Positions 1-6,411 of a DNA stretch of 20,470 nt are shown piece by piece; position 1 is the stretch's first letter; every line of letters begins with the position of its first letter. The stretch is from Actinomycetes bacterium (GTDB taxonomy: Bacteria; Actinomycetota; Acidimicrobiia; Acidimicrobiales; JAKAVM01): the NCBI GenBank assembly GCA_021817065.1, contig JAKAWH010000054.1, forward strand, positions 1 through 20,470. Direction: 5' to 3'. Both the position numbers and the translations under genes were made by a program. Under the pieces are notes generated by a model that saw only the letters and a list, made by a program, of their open reading frames with translations, was not told where the DNA came from and searched no databases.

Positions 1-26
1 GACCCCCCAAGGGGCGGATTTCCCAT

Positions 27-101
27 GGTGGCCGTAGCTCAGTTGGTTAGAGCGCCAGGTTGTGGCCCTGGAGGTCGGGGGTTCGAGTCCCCTCGGTCAC
101 C
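27..101 (+). tRNA. tRNA-His (anticodon GUG)
   Basis: Cloverleaf read by hand. Acceptor GTGGCCG/CGGTCAC has 7 bp. D-stem is GCTC/GAGC. Anticodon stem is CCAGG/CCTGG with loop TTGTGGC, giving anticodon GTG. T-arm is GGGGG-TTCGAGT-CCCCT. An extra 5' G (pos 27) opposite discriminator C101 is the His-specific G-1. CCA is not encoded. Confidence 0.9.
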
Positions 102-127
102 CGAGTGAATGCGCAGGTAGGAGGGCA

Positions 128-352
128 TTAATCTCCCTGGGGCGGTTGTCTCCTCGTCTATGTTTTGGCTCTGACCCAACGGGGAACCCGACAACCGGGA
201 GGAGGGTCATCGGTGGCAGGAAGCATCCGCCTGGTCAGGGGCGACGATGTGGGAACTCCGTGTCTGCCTGGGTCGTGATTCTCGGGGAAAAGTGCGCCAT
301 CTGCATCGCAGGTTCCGTAGTACCAAGCGCCAAGCCGAGAGGGACCGGGCCC
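128..352 (+). repeat. Copy A of a ~225-bp direct repeat, 27 bp downstream of tRNA-His
   Basis: Aligns colinearly with 4151..4376. The core from about 183 to 346 (~164 nt) differs at only 3 positions (ggagggtcatcgg vs ggtgggtcatctg; ccgtagtacc vs ccgtggtacc). The 5' 55 nt are ~75% identical with a 1-nt indel. No convincing ORF. Local stems such as CAUCG...CGAUG and CUGC-AUC-GCAG are present. Confidence 0.85.
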
Positions 353-1005
353 GCCTGGTCACCGAACAGGATTCTGCGCCCCGACGATCGCGCCGGGATG
401 AACCCCAGCTCCGCATGGAGCTCCATTTGTACAGCTCTCCGATGGTGACGAACGTCAGCCACGCCCCACCATCGATCTCGGGTCCTACCGACGTCGAGGT
501 CTACGGACCGAAAAAGCAAGGCACCGCCTACAACCACGCCGGCCAGCGCGCCTACAGGCCTCACCCGGCTGTGTGGGCCGAGGCAGGCTTGGCGAGCTCT
601 CGACGTGCTGATCGCCGGTTCAGGACCGTAGCCGCTTGAGGCAGTAACCGGCTACCAAACTGAGGCGATCGCACTGCAGCCGGCATCACGAATCACAACA
701 CTAAACCTCTTGGTCGAGCGCGCCTCGGTTTCGGGTAACCGTCACCCTCTACTGGCCGGAGCCTCCGCACCAGCTACTGGTACCGCTGGTTCGGGAGGTC
801 GGCGGCTTATTCGCGGATCCAGGTCTGACGACATCGTGCGGGACATGGGTATCGACGGAATCTGTATTCCCAGGTGACGCGAATGACCGTCGAGCTCCAC
901 AGGAAGGTCGCCGAGTTCCCCAATCGGGCCCTCATCAATGCCGCACCAGTCATTGCAGGCCAAGAAAAGTGGCCCTTGCCGCACACCGTGGAAGACAATC
1001 GAAAT

Positions 1006-1034
1006 GCTCCCCTCCGCGTCAAACGGAGGGGAGC
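1006..1034 (-). terminator. Candidate intrinsic terminator on the minus strand
   Basis: GC-rich 11-bp perfect stem gctcccctccg / cggaggggagc with a 7-nt loop. On the minus strand it is followed by the U-rich tract AUUUCGAUUGUCUUC. It lies in an ORF-free region. Confidence 0.3.
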
Positions 1035-1356
1035 CAACCCGAGAGCGTTGCGAGTCACTCCGAATCACAGTCGGCACTGCACGGCAGCACCTCCTGCTGC
1101 GACGGTTCGGGGAAACCCCTGCCCTCACCTGTATTTGTCGCCGAAACAGACCGGGATCTTTCACCCCGTGGGGAAAAATCGGCACACGAGCTGAAGAATC
1201 AGTTGGTGGGTGATCACACTGATGGATGACTTGACGCCGCCGCTGACTTCTCATATGCTTCGCGTCGGGTAGACGAAGTCGAACTGCGACGGCGGCAGAG
1301 TCAACCAGTTGAATAACGGTTGACCGGGGAGCATTGCGTTCCAGAAGGGCAGGACG

Positions 1357-2103
1357 ATGACGCACCTATCATGGCTGCGTGCAGCACGAGCAGCTGGCTG
1401 CGTGGCCGCAGCTGGGGCCCTCCTCTTGTTATCCACTGGTGCTGCTTATGCTGGGCAGTATGGCACCTACAATGGTGCTGCTGCAGCGCGCTACGCGGAC
1501 ACCTACTGGAGCAATTACAACATCGACTACGCCAGCTTCGGGGGGACAGACTGCACCAATTTTGTTTCCCAGGCACTCAACTCAGGCCCAGGTAATGCGG
1601 AGGACTATGGCAAGCCATGGGAACCGACGTATCTCCAGGAGCCGTTATACAACTACCCCTCGGTGGTTGATAACCCGGGTGATCTCTCATACTGGTATGG
1701 AGAACTGACTGGTTACGGTGCCAACTACTATTCCAACACATGGACTGTCGCTCCAGACCTCTTCTATTTCCTGACCTTTTACGACGGTTCTAGCTCCTAT
1801 TTCACCTATTCCTTCGACTATTATCAGAACGGAACTGCTCCTTCGATACCACCTTCAAATGCCCTGGGCGACCCCTTCTTCTACAATTGGGATGCAAGGG
1901 ATAACGGTGAGGGAATCTACGGTATCGATCACGCCACCATCACCGCCTATGGAGGCTGGGGTACCGACGGCACCTGGGGAACCGAGGTCGATGCCCACGA
2001 CTCCAATAGACAGCACGTGTTCTGGACGTTGAGATTCGTGCAAAATCCATCGAATCCCTATTGGCCCACGGAGGAGGTATTCACCGATCATGTCGTTAGC
2101 TGA
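1357..2103 (+). CDS. Secreted putative amidase, Amidase_6 / NlpC-P60-related domain
   Basis: N-terminal signal peptide MTHLSWLRAARAAGCVAAAGALLLLSTGAAYA|GQ. Motif YADTYWSNYN...FGGTDCTNFVSQAL matches the catalytic-Cys core (GGDCTNFVSQ) of the putative amidase (Amidase_6) family. Tyr/Gly/Asn-rich mature region with a C-terminal His (IDHATITAY). RBS-like gaagggcagga lies upstream of the ATG. Confidence 0.75.
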   Translation: MTHLSWLRAARAAGCVAAAGALLLLSTGAAYAGQYGTYNGAAAARYADTYWSNYNIDYASFGGTDCTNFVSQALNSGPGNAEDYGKPWEPTYLQEPLYNYPSVVDNPGDLSYWYGELTGYGANYYSNTWTVAPDLFYFLTFYDGSSSYFTYSFDYYQNGTAPSIPPSNALGDPFFYNWDARDNGEGIYGIDHATITAYGGWGTDGTWGTEVDAHDSNRQHVFWTLRFVQNPSNPYWPTEEVFTDHVVS

Positions 2104-2887
2104 TATGAGCCACCAGTCCACTAACCGCCGACGATTCGGCCAACGAGCGCGAGGAATGCTTGTGGTGAGCGCCGTGGCAGCGGGCGCCGGCTTCGGTGCG
2201 TCACTGGGGGTCGCGCACGGACAAGGAAATGACAGTGCCAAAGAAGCCGCTGTGAAGCAAGTATTCCTGGAAGCCCAAGTTCTTGGGGAGAATGAAGGGG
2301 CACCAGCTCCAGCAGGTCTCGCCAAATCCGCCGATTGGGCAGTCCATGGAGATTCCCTCGTCCACACCAAGAACGGCGACCGCCTCGAGAACCCCGGCCA
2401 CTCTTGGGTCGACGACTCCGGTCATGTATTGGGACTCTCAGCCGCAGAGGTCGCCCAGATCACCTCCCAGCAGGATGCAGAGGCAGATGCCATCCTCGCT
2501 CCTGGCAAGATCCGCACCAACTACCTTAACGCAATCAATGGCTGGGCAAAGAAAGGTGGTGAATTGGTGTCGTCGATGAGTCCTGCTGACGCGGTGTCGG
2601 CCATCAATAGCGTGGGTCCTGTTGGCGGTGCCGAAGTGGTCAAATGGGAGAGCATCGATATTGCTGGCACCACCGCTAGCGTCCACGCGGTGATGAAGAT
2701 TTGGAACGAGAACGACCAAGCCACACTCGACGGTCAGGGGAACCTACATGTAGCCACTGAGGTGGCATCCGGATACGGCGACTCCTATGCTACCTTGCAA
2801 GAGACTCCCTCCGGCACCTGGCAAATCGTTTCCATGGATACAGAACCTTCCGATGCCAACGGCAATACTGACGTCGCTTCCGGGTAG
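2090..2887 (+). CDS. Secreted hypothetical protein with a possible Tat signal (NRRRFGQ then a hydrophobic stretch)
   Basis: ATG overlaps the stop of the upstream gene by 14 nt, which suggests an operon. N-terminus has an RR motif followed by VVSAVAAGAGFGASLGVAHG. GC3-rich codon usage consistent with neighbouring genes. No recognisable catalytic motif. Confidence 0.6.
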   Translation: MSLADMSHQSTNRRRFGQRARGMLVVSAVAAGAGFGASLGVAHGQGNDSAKEAAVKQVFLEAQVLGENEGAPAPAGLAKSADWAVHGDSLVHTKNGDRLENPGHSWVDDSGHVLGLSAAEVAQITSQQDAEADAILAPGKIRTNYLNAINGWAKKGGELVSSMSPADAVSAINSVGPVGGAEVVKWESIDIAGTTASVHAVMKIWNENDQATLDGQGNLHVATEVASGYGDSYATLQETPSGTWQIVSMDTEPSDANGNTDVASG

Positions 2888-3575
2888 CTCGACAAGGACT
2901 GCTCCCTCCGGGCGCCGACGGGGACGACTATCCAAGCTTTGCAGAACCAGCTTCGTCTGGGCCGTGGTAGCCCTGGTGACCGCCATCGTTATTGTCGTAG
3001 TTATACCCAAGCAAAGTGCGACGACAGCTGCCGGGGAGAAGTCGGAGGTCCGCGCCGCTTTAGTACGTGCGGACACCCTGCGACTCATGATCGGTTCTCC
3101 CTGGCTCGCATCTCCCTCTCATTGGTCCATCGCAACCGGCACGTCCAGGGCTTCGTGGAACACCGGTGTTGGCACCAAGCCGATCCATCCATCATCAAAC
3201 CTGCTCGGAGCGATGGGCCGTGAACAGGGCTCTCTCATCAGCCAGTGGATGGGATCGTCAGTGGCAAGCAGTACTCGGTCACAGTTGGCTTCGGCCATCG
3301 GGGTCGACACCTCACGGGAGATCTTCCCTTGGGTTGCTCAGGTCTACGGTGTGTCCACGCAAACCATTGATATATCGGGCAACCAGGCAGGAATCCGGGC
3401 GAAGGTCTTTGCATGGCAGGGAGGTACGGTTCCCACCAGAAGCGGTCCCAAGCTTCTCAAATTGCGAATGGAGCTCGACGAGTACGCAACGTTCAAAATG
3501 GTTGGTGGGCACTGGCGAGAAGTGAGCGATCGAAGCTACGAGCACCCAGTCAGCGGGAATCCGGGGAACCTGTAA
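2787..3575 (+). CDS. Single-pass membrane-anchored hypothetical protein (alternative start ATG 2853)
   Basis: Long ORF in operon with the two upstream genes. Hydrophobic helix FVWAVVALVTAIVIVVVI follows a basic stretch RRRGRLSKL. No in-frame ATG lies downstream of the preceding stop, so the start must overlap the upstream gene. Confidence 0.5.
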   Translation: MLPCKRLPPAPGKSFPWIQNLPMPTAILTSLPGSSTRTAPSGRRRGRLSKLCRTSFVWAVVALVTAIVIVVVIPKQSATTAAGEKSEVRAALVRADTLRLMIGSPWLASPSHWSIATGTSRASWNTGVGTKPIHPSSNLLGAMGREQGSLISQWMGSSVASSTRSQLASAIGVDTSREIFPWVAQVYGVSTQTIDISGNQAGIRAKVFAWQGGTVPTRSGPKLLKLRMELDEYATFKMVGGHWREVSDRSYEHPVSGNPGNL

Positions 3576-3604
3576 ACCACGGGGGTACATCGAAGCCACT
3601 ATAG

Positions 3605-3634
3605 CCATCTCCGAGTATATCGACTCGGAGATGG
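3605..3634. promoter_or_regulatory. Perfect 12-bp inverted repeat CCATCTCCGAGT-(ATATCG)-ACTCGGAGATGG overlapping the start codon of the zinc-ribbon gene
   Basis: The arms are exact reverse complements. ATG 3631 lies inside the right arm. No U-tract follows, so an operator or translational hairpin is more likely than a terminator. Confidence 0.45.
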
Positions 3635-4011
3635 CGGGTGTGGGATGCTCGGTACCTATGCCCAAGACACCCCCAGCACGACTTGCCTCCTACGAGCACC
3701 GCTACCGAGATCTCGCCCGGCAGCTCTCTGAGATCGGCTGGATCGCTTCGGGCAGCGTGGCGTACCGCCCCGAGCGCTGTGGCAAGTCGAACTGCGCCTG
3801 CCGCTCGGACCCCGCACGGCTACACGGGCCCTACTGGCACTTCACCGCCAAGGTCGACGGCAAGACGGTGAACAAGCGCCTTTCCGAGCGTGAAGCCCGC
3901 CTATATCAACAGTGGATCGCCAACTACCGCACGGTGCGCGCTCTCCTCGGCGAGATGCGCGAGATCGCTGCCAAGGCCCAGGCCCTGATCCTCGCCGAGG
4001 ATGACGTCTGA
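3631..4011 (+). CDS. Small CxxC/CxC zinc-ribbon hypothetical protein (conserved actinobacterial DUF-type)
   Basis: 126 aa. Motif RCGKSNCACRSD...HGPYWHFTAKVDGKTVNKRLSEREARLYQQWIANYR resembles a widespread small actinobacterial protein family of unknown function. The C-terminus is predicted helical. Confidence 0.6.
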   Translation: MAGVGCSVPMPKTPPARLASYEHRYRDLARQLSEIGWIASGSVAYRPERCGKSNCACRSDPARLHGPYWHFTAKVDGKTVNKRLSEREARLYQQWIANYRTVRALLGEMREIAAKAQALILAEDDV

Positions 4012-4150
4012 CTCCGCCCGCAACAGGCAGTGTGCCGCTTCACCTGAAACCCGCCGCCCCACCTCACGCCGCCGGGCCTGAAGTGCTTGAAACACAGGGC
4101 GAATCGGTCATCCGAGCACGTGTGAGTGCCATTTCACGCTTGATTCAGGA

Positions 4151-4376
4151 TTAAGTTCCCTGGGGCGGTTGTCTGCTCGTCTTTTTCTGGCTCTGACCGA
4201 AATAGGTGACCCAACAACCGGGAGGTGGGTCATCTGTGGCAGGAAGCATCCGCCTGGTCAGGGGCGACGATGTGGGAACTCCGTGTCTGCCTGGGTCGTG
4301 ATTCTCGGGGAAAAGTGCGCCATCTGCATCGCAGGTTCCGTGGTACCAAGCGCCAAGCCGAGAGGGACCTGGCCGC
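4151..4376 (+). repeat. Copy B of the ~225-bp direct repeat
   Basis: See copy A. Same orientation, 4023 bp downstream. Identity decays at both edges. Confidence 0.85.
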
Positions 4377-4420
4377 AAGTGGAGCGGGGGAGTGCCCAAC
4401 CCGATTGCCGACGCCGAGCT

Positions 4421-4497
4421 GGCCGATCGAGGGCCGATCGAGGGCCGATCGAGGGCCGATCGAGGGCCGATCGAGGGCCGATCGAGGGCCGATCGCG
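4421..4497. repeat. Tandem 11-bp repeat (GGGCCGATCGA)x~7
   Basis: ggccgatcga then gggccgatcga x5 then gggccgatcgc. Each unit carries the palindrome CGATCG. The 11-bp period is close to the DNA helical repeat. Intergenic, ~150 bp upstream of the XRE gene. Confidence 0.9.
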
Positions 4498-4515
4498 ATA
4501 ATGATAGTATTATCG
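4496..4515. promoter_or_regulatory. AT-rich inverted repeat CGATAAT-GATAGT-ATTATCG, a candidate operator or -10 region upstream of the XRE regulator
   Basis: 7-bp arms are exact reverse complements. A strongly AT-rich island in GC-rich DNA that contains TAGTAT. About 130 bp upstream of ATG 4643. Confidence 0.4.
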
Positions 4516-4642
4516 AATGGCGCAGAAAGCCTGGTCGGTTGAGTTTCACCCGGCCTGCGGGAAGTGGGCTGGCAGACGAGAGATTCGAAGGGCACTTGGC
4601 AAACATGGAACCCGACAAGCAACTACACAGAAGAAGGCCACG

Positions 4643-4969
4643 ATGAAGATGAACCAGTGGGAGAAGAAGGTCCTCGCCAAGCCGGGCGCGCCTCAGCGGG
4701 TAGATGATATCGAAGACGAGCTTCGGCTCGCCACCGCCCTGACGGCGCTTCGAGAAGAGTCGGGCCTCAGCCAGCGGGAATTGGCCGAACGGCTCGGAGT
4801 TTCTCAGCCCAGGATCGTGGCGATCGAACATGCTCGCAATGTCACTCTCGACGTTCTCGAACAATACCTCGAAGGGCTCGGAGGGACTCTGGAGGTCTCG
4901 TTCTTCAAGGGGAACCGCAAGACCCGGCTCTTGGGGAATCAACGCCCGAGCGGCCGCAAGGCGAGCTGA
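4643..4969 (+). CDS. XRE-family helix-turn-helix transcriptional regulator
   Basis: HTH_3 signature ESGLSQRELAERLGVSQPRIVAIEHARN. RBS aagaagg lies 5 nt upstream of ATG. The ORF track extends further upstream to 4517 but no RBS or homology supports that. Confidence 0.75.
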   Translation: MKMNQWEKKVLAKPGAPQRVDDIEDELRLATALTALREESGLSQRELAERLGVSQPRIVAIEHARNVTLDVLEQYLEGLGGTLEVSFFKGNRKTRLLGNQRPSGRKAS

Positions 4970-5079
4970 CGACTCGCGGACCTTGGAAGTTGGGCGAAGA
5001 CCCAATATTTCACCCAATAGATCCGTTTGGTGGCGTTCTCCACCGAACCTTCCGCCCCGCGGCGTGGCACAGTAGGAGT

Positions 5080-6411
5080 GTGAGCCGCGTCGCCCCGGCC
5101 GAGGTCCACGAACGCCTCGGCAAGCACCTCCTGGTGGACCGCTCGTGCCTGGTCTACGACGCCGAGCGCAGCCAGGGCTCGTGGGTGGTGGACGAGAGGA
5201 CTGGAGCGCGGTACCTGGACCTGAATACCTTCCACGCGTCCTCACCCCTTGGGAGCAATCCACCCGGCATGGTGGACGACCCGGAATTCATGGATCTGCT
5301 GGGCAGGATCGCAGCCAACAAGCCGGCCAATCCGGACATCTACTCCACCTATCTCTGCGAATTCGTCGACACCTTCGTGAGGGTTCTCGGTGACCCGGAT
5401 CTCCCGCACCTCTTTTTCGTCGAAGGGGGTGCCCTGGCAGTCGAGAACGCGCTCAAAGCAGCCTTCGACTGGAAGAGCCGTTTCAACGAAGCCAGCGGAC
5501 GCGATCCTGCCCTGGGGACCCGAGTGCTCCACCTGAGCAGCGCCTTCCACGGGCGCAGCGGCTACACGCTTTCGCTGACCAATACCGATCCCGCCAAGAC
5601 GGATAGGTTCCCCACCTTCGATTGGCCGCGTGTGGAGGTGCCTGCGATTCGATTTCCTCTCGATCGGCACCGGGACGAAGTCCTTGCAGCCGAACGGCGG
5701 GCCTTGGACCAGGCCCGGGAAGCTTTCGATCGCTTCCCTCACGACATCGCGTGTTTCATCGCCGAACCGATCCAGGGGGAAGGCGGCGACAATCACATGC
5801 GCCCGGAATTCCTTCAGGCGATGCAGCAAATGTGCCATGAGAACGATGCATTGTTCGTACTCGACGAAGTCCAGACCGGAGTCGGCCTCACCGGGACGCC
5901 GTGGGCGTACCAGCAGCTCGGCCTGGAACCCGACATCGTGGTGTTCTCGAAAAAGGTGCAGCTGGGCGGGATCATGGCTGGACGCCGCCTCAACCGGGTT
6001 CCCGGCAACGTGTTCCGGACGAGGGATCGGATCAACTCGACCTGGGGAGGTGGTTTGGTGGACATGGTCCGGTCCCGGCGGATCCTCGAGATCATCGAAC
6101 GCGACGGTGTCTTTGCTCATGCCGCAGAGACCGGCGCCTGGTTGGTGGCACAGCTCGATGCCCTCCAGGGCAGGCATGTGCACTCGGTGAGCAATGTCCG
6201 GGGACGCGGCCTGATGACGGCGTTCGACCTGCCGGACCGGTCCTCCCGGGACCTGTTCCTCTCGATGCTCCGTGATCGTGGGCAGGTCCTGGCACTTGCC
6301 TGCGGTGAGCTCTCGGTTCGCTTCCGCCCGGCCCTCACCGTCACCCGGGAGGAGCTCCAACATGGGCTCGACGCTCTCGACCGTTGCCTGAAAGCCCTGG
6401 AGTCCGGTTGA
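5080..6411 (+). CDS. lat: L-lysine 6-aminotransferase (lysine epsilon-aminotransferase), class-III PLP aminotransferase
   Basis: Strong recalled similarity along its length to mycobacterial/streptomycete LAT: PHLFFVEGGALAVENALKAAFDWKSR, HGRSGYTLSLTN, DIACFIAEPIQGEGGD, FDEVQTGVGLTGTPWAYQQL, INSTWGG and FSKK (PLP lysine). Start assigned to GTG 5080 with aggag immediately upstream. The ORF could begin as early as TTG 4990. Confidence 0.85.
   Translation: MSRVAPAEVHERLGKHLLVDRSCLVYDAERSQGSWVVDERTGARYLDLNTFHASSPLGSNPPGMVDDPEFMDLLGRIAANKPANPDIYSTYLCEFVDTFVRVLGDPDLPHLFFVEGGALAVENALKAAFDWKSRFNEASGRDPALGTRVLHLSSAFHGRSGYTLSLTNTDPAKTDRFPTFDWPRVEVPAIRFPLDRHRDEVLAAERRALDQAREAFDRFPHDIACFIAEPIQGEGGDNHMRPEFLQAMQQMCHENDALFVLDEVQTGVGLTGTPWAYQQLGLEPDIVVFSKKVQLGGIMAGRRLNRVPGNVFRTRDRINSTWGGGLVDMVRSRRILEIIERDGVFAHAAETGAWLVAQLDALQGRHVHSVSNVRGRGLMTAFDLPDRSSRDLFLSMLRDRGQVLALACGELSVRFRPALTVTREELQHGLDALDRCLKALESG

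Noticed and set aside
183-346. Repeat core as a ZTP or lysine riboswitch
   Set aside because: Only short box-like matches (CCGCCUGG, GGGUCGUGA) in the wrong order. No convincing conserved helices could be built by hand. Kept only as an open question under the repeat finding.
128-352. Repeat pair as attL/attR of an integrase-mediated insertion into tRNA-His
   Set aside because: The repeats do not include the tRNA 3' end, and identity decays gradually at the edges instead of ending at a crossover core. No integrase lies between them. Not excluded, but considered less likely than a paralogous functional element.
62-448. 128-aa ORF running across tRNA-His and repeat copy A, and its twin 4169..4501 in copy B
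   Set aside because: It overlaps a bona fide tRNA. The two copies share the frame only through the conserved core and diverge by an indel upstream. Low-complexity Gly/Arg content. Conservation is better explained at the nucleotide level.
742-1365. 207-aa minus-strand ORF in the ORF-free region
   Set aside because: Arg/Pro-rich, no RBS, no domain resemblance. The region is better treated as non-coding.
4421-4497. Possible CRISPR array (the 11-bp, 39-bp, 36-bp and 44-bp tandem repeats were all considered)
   Set aside because: All are head-to-tail tandem repeats with no unique spacers, and the units are too short or too long. No cas genes in the window.
4151-5263. 370-aa minus-strand ORF
   Set aside because: Antisense to the XRE and lat genes, whose protein motifs are clear. 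Arg/Pro/Gly-rich low-complexity product typical of spurious ORFs in high-GC DNA.
5242-6363. 373-aa minus-strand ORF
   Set aside because: Fully antisense to lat. No recognisable motifs. A high-GC artefact.
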